Below the pieces are notes generated by a model, which worked only from the letters and a program-made list of their open reading frames with translations, was not told the DNA's origin and made no database searches. Shown one piece after another: positions 24,567 to 37,996 of a DNA stretch of 64,000 nt. Made by a program: the position numbers and the translations under genes. The stretch comes from Haliotis rubra. Lineage: Eukaryota. The stretch spans positions 310,001-374,000 of the forward strand of contig NW_025767651.1 of NCBI RefSeq assembly GCF_003918875.1, given 5' to 3'. The first letter of the stretch is position 1. Every line of letters begins with the position of its first letter.

Positions 24567-27500
24567 CTGAACGACAAAGGCACCACATTGATGAAATGTG
24601 ACAAAAATCCCTTTCTATAATCATAATAATCATATATGCATAGTGCTAAAAATATGCATGAATTTACTGTTTATGAATCATCTTCAAAAAGAGATGATTG
24701 AAAAGGTGTACTCATCCTTCCCCCAAAGTGGAACCCACCACAAACACACGAAAAAGCAAGTCAAAATTGAGTTAAACAAATTCGGGACCACTCTACAATA
24801 TAACATGGTACTGCCATAATACACATTGTATACGGAATTCAACCCTGTCTGTGTTCATTTATTTGAACAGTGTTATTAATATATTTTACAAATATTTCTT
24901 ACCAATATAACCACACATCAAACCCACTACCATGACTGTTTATCAAAACGTGCTAATTTTTAGCCAACTGAAATGATAAAAACCTAAAAAACACACCTCA
25001 AAACCAACAAATACCCAGGTATAAAAATATTTAGGAGGGATAAAATTTATGGCTGCCAGACCAGATGCTCTGCGCACGTGTGATGTCAGCTTGCATGTAC
25101 CGGCGCGTGCCTATATTTCACGCCAGGCGTGCGTGTTAAGTTACAATGGGCGTCACGTTGCGACCTGAGCGGTTCTGGAGGAGCTATAATGAACGATGCA
25201 TACTCTTAAAAAAATAGGGGAACTTCATTTCAAATTTCCGATTGAAGATATACAACGTTAACATTGGACATATATATATCGGAGTAAGTCAATGTTGATA
25301 TGATAATAATGAATGTTTTGAAAGTGCACTTCCTTATGACCATAGTTGTTTGTACAAAAAACGCTCTTAAAGGATGATGGGTGTATGACGTGAAATTTGC
25401 ATGTGTACGATTTTCATTTTCAAACACAAAAAACCTGGCTAGAAACACACTAAAACATCTGTGTGATGCATGGTGATTTTCAAAATTAATGGTCTACAGT
25501 GATTTATCGACCTTCTGCGTCGTGCACGTGTATCCCATGCGTTTAGGGGTGGTGATAAAGAGAAATTGTGGTGCGTTCATAAGATGTATGTCTGTCTTTG
25601 AAATGTTTGTTAACGCTTCTACTTCCTATCCAAATTGAACGTTTAGGCTCCCATACTTTGTTTCAGGAGTTTTTGTTTTTATCAATATTTAACAATATAT
25701 AATGTTATATTATTTACATTTTATCATTAAAATTCAGCATTGTTGTCTTTATTTGTCTTTTCAACTAAGGTTGTATTTCAGTGAAATTTACACACAACAC
25801 AAAAACAACAACAACAAAAAACTGTTCGTACTTTTATATGACGAAATGGGTACTTAACGAAAGAAATCTCAGTTATTTTTGGACAGGTTAACAAGTGACA
25901 TAATGCCATTAAAAAAATGAATTGGCACATGTTTTTTTTTTTGTTGTTTAACGCCGCAAATGTTGCATTTCACATTTACATATGTAGTTATCAGGTAAGT
26001 CAACAGTTTACACTGACATATACAGTTTTAAGGCAAGTAACCGTTTGACAGGGCATATTCACATACTTCACAAATTGTTATGGAGTTAATGTATTTCACG
26101 TTTTAACGTTTTATCACCAGAAAGCAAATTTATCTTCTTTCACCAGCCCAAAACAACGCTATCTATACCAACTTCCTTATCTGACCCCTGACATCGCTAT
26201 GCAGGGGTCTTAGTCACGTGACTCTTAAAGACCATCTGCGCGGTTCCTGGAATTCCACGATTTCGATAATACGAGGTCACGTGACGAGTCACTCCAGAGG
26301 AACGGTAGCAAAGGGGAGCTCGGGTTCCATATAGCGAGAGTGACATCCAGGCATGAGAAATGGTACACATGTGCCAGTGTAATTCAAGTTGCAAGCCATG
26401 TCTTGCTCGTATAGATAAGATACAAACGGTATTCAGTCGTATGGAAGCCCTAACAAAGAAACACTGTAAAGTAATATGCCGGGATTTACCGATTTAACAA
26501 AAAAATATTAATAGCTCGTCAGGCATTTATTTAAAATATGCGTGTAATTATAACTGTGTAAGATACTGGAAAATATGTTGTATAAGTATAAATATTCTGT
26601 CGACATGTAAACAGATGCTAAATTTATTGAGAAGATTGCACAACGATGGAACGTTAATATGAAATATGTATGTAGACAATGAAACGCGTATGAAGAAAAC
26701 ACTTACAAAGTCAAAACAGCTATCAATAACTATGTTTGATATAAAAATAAAAACATGTCATAATTATACACATTTTATATGGACTAGCTGAAACTAGGAC
26801 GTGTTTACATTTTGGCTACCTATAATGATCATCTGGGATCTATTTCAACTGCACTTTCAGAAGTGGATACGGTTTTACCCCAACAATATACTCCAATACA
26901 CTAGTTACAAATTAAGTTACGTAAAACTGAGTACTTTTACCCAAAGGTCTATATGTAAAACCAATTTGAAACAGACAGTTCAAGTTGAAAATTGAGTTCG
27001 AGAGGGTGTACGGCAAGGAAACGATTTCGACCTTGAGTTTCTATGCTAATACTGAATTCCTCTTTCTCTCAACATGAAGATTTCTATCTTATGTTTAATT
27101 TGTTAATATGTTTAAAATGCTATATTTCTATTTGATGTTTAACATGTTAATATGTTTAAAATGTTTTTTCTACAGACATACATCATTTAGAGCTCTTCGT
27201 GATGATTTTCAGTTCCGATTTCGACTGCGTAGTTAGCGGCTTATATGTATACAGGCATCTTATTTTTAGTTTGCTGTTGTGTAGGATCCAGCCCGCATAC
27301 TGGTACTAGTGTAGGAATCGACACCTTTGCTACTGCAGATATACAAGCTATTAATAGCCAGAAGGTTGCGCCGCTACTTACAAGGTGTCCATGAAAAAGA
27401 TAAGATATTTTGTGGTATTGTTTGAGAACAGAAAATCATAGTGAAGTGATAACAATACGATACACGTTACTCAATATAATATACGTTATTTGCTATTAAA

Positions 27501-27909
27501 TATATTATTTCATAAATTCAAATTATGTGACTATTGTGTTTAAACACTTACGCTCATGTGTGTATATTACCTTTGACTTGCATTTCAAGTGGATATACTC
27601 TAGCATCATTCGAAATTACGTGTCAGAACATCATTTTCTTCGAATGCATTTCGTGATAAAATAGCATCATACTTCGATAATATGAAGCAGTTACATTTAA
27701 TCATTATACACTTACAAGGCTAACATAACAGAATAGAATATAAACCTATATCAAAGATGATCAACAGGAGGGAATATTATTTCCTGAAATCTGAGAATGT
27801 CAAACGCCGGTAGCATTGGAGGCGAAAAATGGCCGTATGGGCCCATTTTCCTGTTGCATTTAAACAACCGAGATAGTATTCCTAAAACGTAGATTCAATT
27901 AAAACTTAC

Positions 27910-27960
27910 CTTTGCATGGTGGGCCCTCTGATCTCCCATAGGTTTTGCTTGGTTGGCCAT
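27910..27960 (-). CDS. Calponin-like protein, coding exon 1 (MANQAKPMGDQRAHHAK)
   Basis: Kozak-like accaccATGG. N-terminus resembles the calponin/transgelin MAN..P.G motif. Donor AAG|gtaagt, phase 0. Confidence 0.85.
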
Positions 27961-29372
27961 GGTGGTCTTTTAAAACAAGAGGTCTATCCTAGAGACAGCT
28001 AAACCTTCGAATGTACACAGGAGTCTAGCTTTGCACACGGTCTTCAAGCAAGGCTACTGCGGCCGTCTGAACCTGTTGGATAGTGGGAAAGGAAGGGATG
28101 AGCAACACAAGCGCATCTCCGTGCTGCTGAAATGCTCTCTACTGTCGAGGTATTGGATTACGACCGCCACATGCCTTCGCCATATATGTCTACTGCGGCG
28201 AGCATGTGATGTACGTTCTCCAGTGAAATTTCAAGATGGCGGATGAGCAAAATTGGGCGAATAATGACGACTGCCGCATTGGATCGGGGTTGAATAGCAT
28301 CGCAGTAGCATGTATGAATTAATATGATCAGTTTGATACTTTATCGTTGATACGATGCGTTGTATCATGATTACTTTAATAATTTTATCACCTGCAAATG
28401 CAAAGTTAATGAATTGACACGCTATGCTGAGTGAATATAATTTCGATTGATTGTTCTGCCAGGGTTCTTATCAGATATAGAATGCTTTTATGCATATTTG
28501 AATAACATGAACAACACGCGTTGGGAGAAGTCTCCTGAAAAAAGCAGTAAGTCGGTTTTCTTGAGTTCTACACAAGAAAAATGTCGCAGCGACACTGACC
28601 TCCGGTTGAAACATTACAGGTTTAACTTGCAGGCTTGTTGCATATTGAGGAACCCACACCTATATTGCTGCATCTGTCACCTACATGTACTTGCATATAT
28701 ATGACTCGAAGGTGTACATTCAGAGAGACAAAGCAACTATATATTTGAAATACAAATGTATGTATGTGTACGTATGTCTCCCTTCCTCTGTCTCTCTTTC
28801 TCTCTCCCTCTCTCTCCAAAAGTCCATAATGAGATACTCATATAATGATAATAAGAACAATAACCACAATGTGGATGATCATGATGATGATGAAGATAAT
28901 AAATAATGACGCATTTAGAGAAAGTTACACAATCAAGACTAATTCCTGATTTCACATTTGCAAAGTATAATATCCCATTTTATTGTAATGCTTTTAACAG
29001 TGTCGAACTGAGAATGATATCCCATAACAATTTACTTCTCATAACAGTGTTGAACTAAGAATGATATTTCATTCTAATTGTTGAACCGTGTTGAACTAAA
29101 GAATTATATCTCATTATTATTTACTTCTCATTACAATGAATATTTCATTACAATTTACACGTGAAGATCCAGTAATCTATGCTTGTGGAAGAAGATTGGA
29201 ATGGTGATCGTACACGTGAACGTGAAGAGTAGTTGTTGCTACTGATATTTGTGAAGATGGAGGAACATCCATCTCCAGAGGATCAAATAAGTTCTGGAGG
29301 TCTACTGATGTTTCAGTTGTATTGGGGATCTTCGCCTTAAGTTTCTTATTTTTCATTTTCTTTTGTGGGTTG

Positions 29373-29620
29373 GACCCGTGAAGGTCCGGGTTAGAATGAA
29401 TCTTCCGTAACCCATGCTTGTCGTACGAGGCGACTAACGGGATGGGGTGGTCATGCTCGCTGACTTGGTTGACACATGTCATCGGTTCCAAATTGCGTAG
29501 ATCGATGCTCATGCTGTTGATCACTGGATTGTCTGGTCCAGACTCTAATATTTACAGACCGCCGCCATATAGCTGGAATATTGCTGAGTGCGGCGTAAAC
29601 TAAACTCACTCACTCACTCA
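29373..29620 (+). mobile_element. Family B copy
   Basis: Full length with (ACTC)n tail. Confidence 0.9.
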
Positions 29621-32088
29621 TTACAATTGTTTAACCAGTGTTTAACCAAAGAATGATATCTCATTACAATTTACATCTCATGTGTTGAACCAAATAATAT
29701 GTCATTACATGTTAGTACAGAATGACATTATTTCTCAAATAAAGAAAATCAAAATCTTCATAATTTGCAATTTCTCATTTCTTTCGATGCCATAAACACT
29801 TGCAGACAAGTATAGAGTATGAACAATACATAGTTGACCAATTAATATCCCTCGTAACGTCTTTAAATGAAGCTTGTTGATGGCTTACCTGCACTTGGCA
29901 AGAGATACTCCAGTAAGTGATTTACCGTTTCACTGATTTACTGGTTTCAAGTCTGTCCAGAAACTGTCGGTTCCTAGTTTTATAACACCTAACATCCCCC
30001 CATACTCCTTCTCTTTGTCCGATACACGAAGCGGGGGAACCCCTGACTCATAGCCGGGCCAAAAATAACTTCTTGAAGTTGGTCATTGAGTCTGTTCTGT
30101 ATAAGGAAGGCGTAAACATGTCTTCATTCTTGAGGGTATCTATCATGTCGTGTCTGCAGCCTAGCTCGTTTCGAAACATAAATGTAGATTAACATAGATA
30201 TTGTCTATATGATCAATGCCAGACCTCTTCATAGTCATTGTCATGATTCCAGTGATGATGTCATTGTAAGAATTCCATACTAAAGGATGGACATAAAGTG
30301 TGTGTTCTGTCTGGCTCGAAGATGTGTATGTATGTACAATAAGCGTGTACTTCATCTGCAATGCATTCACATTCCTCCAGGTTATTTAGGTGTATCATGG
30401 ACATAAAAACATTACAATTAAAATGTTGTTTATGTCACTTTTGATAAAACGGAAATAATAATTTATTTTTTTCTTTTGAAATCATTTTGTAAAATGCTGT
30501 ATTATATACTGTGTGTCATTTTCAGTGATCCACTCACATAGAAGAAGAAGAGTTCTATATATAGAGTTTTTTTAAAGGCCGTTGAATCACTTCTGTTGGA
30601 CAGTGAAGAAACGCGTTCTCTAACGGTCAAGATTTAATTCAAATAATTGACGTAGATGTGATCACGGTCTGAGTTGATATCTCCACTATCATTATTTCAG
30701 TACATGTTCCTCTGACAACTGTCAAGGTTCATCTTCAATTCCATGAAGTGAGAGTCGAATTTATGAGCTGGGTCTTCCATTCAAAAATCCATTTACAGAG
30801 TGTTTAAGCAGATGTGAATTGCTTTGCATGTCACTGAACCGCTTGTGTTCGTAATTAGAAACTGGATGTTTCCCGTTTTGAGACTCTAAACTTCTGCACG
30901 GATTGGTTGGGTTGAATTTCCACAATGAATACTTCTAAATATACCAGCGTGAAGCTAAATTTACTCACGAGGATTTTCTTGAACACTTCATTGTGAATGA
31001 CTCATGTGTTCATACTTGTAGTTGTACCCTTCCTGCACTCGGCTTTATCTTAAGCGGAAGAGTACACATACCAAAGATTGTTCAACCTATATCCGTTCCA
31101 GCTTTCAGACAAGAAGGATTGGGAATATATCTTCATGCGCTTATACGGAGGAAAAGGATCAAATGGAACAGGTTTTACATTAAGTGCAATTTAGGGATTA
31201 CATGTGTTTACATTTTTTAACTTAAAAATGCTTGACACTTTATTGCATTTACTGCAATAAGTGTAAAGGTATGCATTTACCTTTCAGTTTTCGTTGACAA
31301 AGCTCATATATTGCACTTATTACAACTGTATGTATTTTGCTGGACATTCAGTACTGACGTTTTGTAACATCACGAATGTGTAAGCAGGTATGTTGTAAAC
31401 GGGATGGTACGCGTGGTAACTCTGTGAACACCTCAAGACGGAGGTTCCTATTCGTCAGTGTGTGCCTCGTTGCAATGTTTCTGCTTGCCATCTGGATTTA
31501 ACGACACTTCTGTTACCATAGGCATCACTCAAAGAATGCACGAGGAATTGTTCGTGTGACACGGAGTTCTGGAAACAGTGTTCTTGATATGAAGTCATTG
31601 ATTATTCGCTCACTTACAAGACAAGTTAACAGTCCATCCTTCCAACCTACATACCTAACTACCCACCCACATACATATATACATACATGCATAATTAATT
31701 ATTTAGTGTTTAGACTGAATTGTAAGAAACCGAACACTTTCTGTGCTCCGTTGATGATTTGTTTAGACTTGACCCTCCTTTGACCGGATACTGACAATCT
31801 GGAACTTTTTACTGATGGAAATTAAGGTAAGGTTTGATTCAGAATGCTGTTTATTCCGATAACTGTTGCAGAATATCAGAATATTTAGTAGTACGTGGTG
31901 CAATTTTCAAAGAAGGCTTAAGAGTTTAGAGTTCAAGTAGATATTATATTATACAGAGAATGCATAAGGGAACAGGTGCTTGTAGTAGTGAGTACAATGA
32001 ACTACGTTTGTACATGTTTATAACGAACTGTCCGTTATCACCGTTGGTTAATGTAATTTTGATGGTGCAAATTCAACTCAGTATCTTC

Positions 32089-32260
32089 CGGGGCGGTGGG
32101 GTAGCCTAGTGGTTAAAGCGTTAGCTCGTCACGCCGAAGGCCCGGGTTCGATTCCTCACATGGGTACAATGTGTGAAGCCCATTTCTGGTGTCTTTCTGT
32201 CGTGATATTGCTGAGTTATTGCTAAAAGCGGCGTAAAACCATACTCAGTCAGTCAGTCAG
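32089..32260 (+). mobile_element. SINE family A copy
   Basis: Full length; TSD tcagt(a/g)tcttcc. Confidence 0.88.
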
Positions 32261-32599
32261 TGTCTTCCACTATTTGCAGTGTCTCAGTGCTATTACGTTG
32301 AAAGATACTTATTTTATATCAAGGTCAAGTCAAAGCGCTTTATTGTATTGTACAATAGAGAGTTTTACCTGTAGACAAAATCATAAATGTTGTACACAGG
32401 GATATACACGCTGTTTAAAATACTTCATTCTTATGTTGGCTAATAAGGTATTAGTATATTAGACCCGTTCCTTGTTTAATCTAAGGACAGTCTAGACTTG
32501 CTTCCCGTAGGGCTTTACTATTACAGAAATAGGAAAGGGCTAGGCGAAGTTATTTCTCCCGCTCTATTTTGTTGTTTGAGTAACTGACCTCTAATTTTT

Positions 32600-33475
32600 A
32601 AGGCCATGTCAGGCAACACAGAACTTTTAACTAAAGAATTAGCCTTGTTGCAATGCTGTACTAAATGTAGTCTGTTTCTCGGTCCTAGAACGCATTATAT
32701 AGACTTCCATCCAGCCCTTCCAGTTAAAGTGTGGAATAATATTCCATTAGCTATTAGAAATTGCGACTCTGCTGTTCGTTTAAATCTTACATCCACGTGA
32801 AGGAAAAATGCGGCCTATATATTATTTCATTTGAAATAAGGAAGTTCAATGTTATGCACACTAGATTAAGATTTATGGCGAGGACACTTAATTATGATTT
32901 ATTTAGAATAAATTTAAAAAATATGACGCATCGTGTCAGTGTGGCCATAGATGTAAGAAAGTTTTTCATAAATTCCTTGAATGTCCATTGCATACTATGC
33001 AAAGACATAAACTGTTACAATCTTTAGAAGATATTGTCAAAAATAGAACACTGATTGGTATTAATCTTATCTTACATGGCAATGCAGGTCTCCCAGTGAC
33101 TTTTAGCAATATTCCAGCAACATCACGGCGGGGTACACCAGAAATGGGCTTCACACAATGTAGCCAAGTGGGGATTCGAACCCGGGCTTTCGGCGTGACG
33201 AGCCAACGCTTTAACCACTAGACTACCCCACCACCCCTGCAGGTCTCTCAATCACTGAAAACCAGAATGTTTTCAAGTATGTACATATCTATATCTCTCA
33301 AACAAAACGTTTTCTCAGTTAACATCTGTTGTACATATCCTAACCTGTGTCTGTCACTTGTGTACATTGTTGTAAGATGAATTGTGTAATTATCTGGAGG
33401 GGGCTTTTTTCTAAGTTAGATAACTTGTGCCCAATCCTCTTCTTGAATGAATAAAATATGTTTAAAACAAAACAA
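32600..33475 (+). mobile_element. CR1-group LINE 3' fragment interrupted by a SINE
   Basis: Frameshifted VKVWNNIPLAIRN / RKFNVMHTRLR..LNYDLFR / LILHGNAGL..ENQNVFKYVHIYISQTKRF; ends aataaaatatgtttaaaac. Confidence 0.75.
33097..33237 (-). mobile_element. SINE family A copy inserted in the CR1 fragment
   Basis: TSD tgcaggtctc. Confidence 0.85.
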
Positions 33476-34043
33476 GCCCTTTCTGCAATGCTAAAGATCT
33501 AAATTCACCAAGTCTAGATTTCCCCAGGTTCTGAATCTCCCATCTCACTGGGTCTCCTTTTCCTTTTATAAGGAAGTATTTGTTTCTAACTAAATTATAG
33601 AGACTTAAACGCCAGTGTACTGGCAAACGAACGATCAGGATTAGAGCGTTTATGCCTCTACAATGAGAAGAAAGAACGGGTGGGGTGGGAGGTATTCAGA
33701 CAACAGAATAAGAAAGATTAGAGATCTCGAATTATACCGTTATTCAGGAAGGAAGAAAAGATAATGTTGTTTGAGAATCTACAAAGTATCCATCAGTGAT
33801 GCAGAAGGGAGAGCGAGCTGCAACCAAGTGGTTCCCCCCTCATCCATATCCAGAATACACGCAGCATATCCTATAAACATCGCCCCTACAAATGTCAGTT
33901 GCGTACTGCACTGGCATACGTGGCAGATAGCTCGCTGGTGAGGTAATACCTACACAGCTACTACATACCGATCGCACACTCATCACACCCAAATAGCTTT
34001 CATCACGTTTCTAAACCTCCTACGCAACCTCATACCGGGTTCG

Positions 34044-34207
34044 GGGCAGTGGGTAGCCTAGTGGTGAAAGCGTTCGCTCGTCAAGCCGAAGACCCGGGTT
34101 TGATTCCCCACATGGGTACAATGTGTGAAGCCCATTTCTGGTGTCCCCCGCCGTGATATTGCTGGAATATTGCTAAAAGCGGCGTAAAACCAAACTCACT
34201 CACTCAT
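34044..34207 (+). mobile_element. SINE family A (tRNA-Asp-like head, ~165 bp, (ACTC)n tail), representative copy
   Basis: A box tagcctagtgg and B box ggtttgattc; other copies show a tcgtcac anticodon-like loop; tail gatattgctggaatattgctaaaagcggcgtaaaac. About 17 copies, starting near 222, 5707, 13245, 14397, 17108, 17385, 18344, 32089, 33100, 34044, 38690, 46906, 49960, 51149, 51497, 51914 and 58789. Confidence 0.9.
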
Positions 34208-34888
34208 AAAGGGTAATTTTATGCACGATTGTTGAATGTTAATGATATAAGAAATAATAAGAAAAGAAAATATTCCTGTTCATATTTATTTACAAACTTT
34301 CATTTTTTTAAATTGTGTTTTGGTGTGCGTTTTGCTCCTTAATGTCTGTAAGTAAACCAAATTGTATACAAGAACATGGAAATAATCCAGACAGGGAACA
34401 TTGTATTGTATGCATCAACCTTTCCGATATGCCCGTGGTGACACTATAGGTATGTTAGCATATGCTCATCACTCTTGAGAGTTCTTTTCGATCTTGTGTG
34501 TATAGAGTGGGTGTTAGTTAGACGGCATTCGGTGGGTGGGAATTAAAGTTTATCAAATGTCAAAGTGTAAGATGTAATAACTGTGTAATCCCCCCCCCCC
34601 CTGCATTCCTTAAGGCACACTTTTGAATGCATGTCATAAATTTGACTTTCGTGAATTAAATACAAACAAAACAATAGACAAAAAGTTCGAAAGTCAATCA
34701 CGAGGTAATCGTTTCTCTATTTCGAAAGCCCATAGTGTTAGACGTTAACCGTTTTGAGAAATCACCGAAATAATGCTTACAAACCGACATATACAGTCAT
34801 GTCGAGGATTCTGCCCAATAAAGTACTTTGCCACCCCTGACCCCCTTGTGGGAGTAAGTCAGATTAAACATTATTATTGTACTTCAGT

Positions 34889-35051
34889 NNNNNNNNNNNN
34901 NNNNNNNNNNNNNNNNNNNNNNNNNNNNNNNNNNNNNNNNNNNNNNNNNNNNNNNNNNNNNNNNNNNNNNNNNNNNNNNNNNNNNNNNNNNNNNNNNNNN
35001 NNNNNNNNNNNNNNNNNNNNNNNNNNNNNNNNNNNNNNNNNNNNNNNNNNN
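34889..35051. other. Assembly gap
   Basis: Run of N. Confidence 0.99.
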
Positions 35052-36384
35052 GTGGGCCAAATATGCATAAACAAAAGGACAAAACCATTTGCATTAGTCA
35101 AACAGAAATCGTTGTTAAAGTCCATTCCACGATTCCGACTAAATTATAAGCATATGTTTATAAATCATCAAATAGTGATGATACAAGGGCCCGGTGCCCT
35201 GCCCAACCAGAGCCACCCGTAATGAACACACGCAAAGGCAAGTCAAATATTCACCTTAAAAAACAAACACATATGGTAAAATCAAAATACGGAACTACAC
35301 TGGAAACCATTTTTGTCACTAATGGAACAAACTACTAGTAATGGAATAACCTATTTTACATAAATAGTTCCAGAACTTTTACTAATTAAGGCCGTGAAAG
35401 AAGTAACCCTGTGCAAATCATTATTTGAACAAGAGCCGTATACCGTTCTTTGTTGATAGAGCATGCTCGAGTCTACCTCAGTTGTTGTAAAATAAAGTAA
35501 AGGATGAAGCGACTAGAATATTGCTCGACATAAAATGAAAGTTTCTGTGTAAACTGGAAGTAGTCCTTATTATACAGTCTTGTGGATTGTCTTTGTAAAC
35601 TGTATTCTATAGAATAGACAAGTGAGTTAAACGATTGACCAAGGCTGTACTTCGGTGTATAAATGATGCGCCTTCGCATGTACTTTTTTTGCTTGTTTCT
35701 CCATTTTCTTTCCCATATTCATATTTCACACAGCTGGTTGTAAATATTTGGCGCATTGCAGCCTAAGATTCTATTGGCGCATCGCTCTTTGTGCTCTAGA
35801 CGATCAACTACAATTTACATGTTGTACATTTCTGTCTGAAACATACATACCATCTGTCAGTTATCTCAGCGTGATCACGTTTCAAAACAAGATCACGTGA
35901 CCCAGTCGCTCAGAGCGTGGCCACCTGACGCTATACCTGGAGACCCGTATCAAATTTCAACTTCATGCAACGGGTTCTCTCTTGAGTCGAGAGTGGATTA
36001 CGAAACAACGTAAACTGACCTCTGTTGAGGGTGAAACTCGATACAGTTCTGAGATGGAATAAATTAAATTTAACAAACGGTTCGTCTTAGGACGTATCGA
36101 TTTCTACAGAGCAGATATGGCTTATGTTTGAACTGTATAAAGTATTACTTTGAGATTATTAACTTATTGAAATATTTAGAGAGAGTATTTGATCAAAAAT
36201 CCACATGTGCCTCTGAATTTGTTTATTCTATGGAATGAAATAATTGCAGGCAAATGATATTGTCACAGGGTATTGTAATGCAGACATAGGTAGCTATAAG
36301 ATGCATGATCAATACCCGTGTCAGATTATTGAACTGCCGGGAAAAGAAAAGATAAACCCATGATGGCGAAACACCCGGTAGTGA

Positions 36385-36602
36385 GGTTTGTTCATTGTTC
36401 AACGCCGCACTCAGCAATATTCCAGCTATATTGCGGCGGTCTGTAAATAATCGAGTCTGTACCAGACAATCCAGTGATCAACAACATAAGCATCTATACG
36501 CAACTGGGAACCGATGTGTCAACCAAGTTAGAGAGCCTGACCACCCGATCCCGTCAGCATGGGTTGCTGAAGATCAATTCCAACCCGGATCTTCTAGGGT
36601 CC
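36385..36602 (-). mobile_element. Family B copy
   Basis: Reverse-complement match, hairpin D deleted. Confidence 0.8.
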
Positions 36603-37996
36603 CGACAGGGGCGTAGCTACCATTATATAAAAAAGTCCGGGCTTACACATGATTTTTGGTAAAGATCACCATGAAAGTTGGGCAAGCCCTCAATACTACC
36701 TAAATATAAAGCTGTGTAACCTCTCGGGCTTACACGAAAAAATTGGCTTGCTACGCCTGCCTGATGGTGAGGTATCTGAATCTGGTATGATAAATTTGTT
36801 TCCGACGTTAAGTTTACCGCGAACATATTCAGTCTAGTAATGTTTTGAAAACGTTTGTAATTTTTTGATCAAATACAATTATCAGTTGCCCGTCCAGTAT
36901 GCATACAATGTGAAAAGGGCACCGGCAGTGACCAGATATCAAATTCTTTGAGTTTCAAGATTGCATAGATCGATGCCTACGATGCTAATTATAGGATTGT
37001 CCGGCCCAGGTTAATGTTTTATAGACGGCGGCATATAGCTGGAATATTGCCGAAATGGGCGTTAACAAAAAACAAACCAACAATCAAAGACACAAACAAT
37101 CAAAGACACAAACAATCAAACAATACCAACCAAACAAACAATATGATTCCATGATCATATCACAGTTCATTACATCTTGAAGGTTGTTCGTTACATCTGA
37201 AGGACACCGTGAGAGCGAAATCAACACGTTAATTACAAATCGTTTTCCCTTCCTTTCAGACAACGGGTTACAAAGTCTTTTGTCGTTTGATCGACTTAAC
37301 AACTGCACGCTGGTTCAGTGACGAGACTAGGTACATGCCAAATCTCTGCATTTGCCTCCAGTTTTTCATGGTATACCTCAGTGTAGAGGCTATTGCGCGT
37401 TTACCGACATTCCCATATCGAAATAGCGAGTCTACTTTCAGGAATCTTGTTAGAAACTACGTCTTAGAGATGCGATTGCTGTATATGGTACATTGAGAAA
37501 AGTTTGTACGGTCATTTAACCGGTTCACTTCACCGTTACCATGGTTACTTATTAATGAACCTTTCAGAAAGCCGGAATTGCATTCCGGTACTCATTTTAA
37601 AACAGGAGGGGTTTGAGAGATAAACGTTATATCATGACTGTTCGTTTTTAACTTGGAAGTCGAAAACTTTAATTGCGAGACAAATGGTTCCATGGGTCAA
37701 AATTATCGATCATCAAATCTTATCTTTCTGGAATTTACACGATGTACATTTCTGTCTGAAACGGACATGCCATCTGTCAAAACAAGATCACGTGACGTAG
37801 TCGCTCAGATCGTGGCCACCTGGCACTATACCTGCAGACCCGTATCAGATTTCATCTTTATGCAACGGGTTCTGTCTTGGGTCGAGAGTGGATTACAAAA
37901 CAGCGTAATATGACCCCTGCGAACGTTTTAACCCTCGATACACTGTTAAGATGGAAATCTAATTTTGTATTCAGTTTTATCTTAGGAGGTATAAGC

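Noticed and set aside
29880-30380. Minus-strand segment with a strong donor (cag|gtaagc) and a lectin-like GVWGDVRC peptide
   Set aside because: Multiple stops and similarity too short to call.
30997-31193. Signal-peptide-like MTHVFILVVVPFLHSALS followed by TAA and AEEYTYQRLFNLYPF...
   Set aside because: In-frame stop, no recognisable domain and no good donor. It may be a pseudogene fragment but is unsupported.
34773-35222. ORFs spanning N runs (also near 40033-40305 and 45279-45647)
   Set aside because: Artefacts of assembly gaps.
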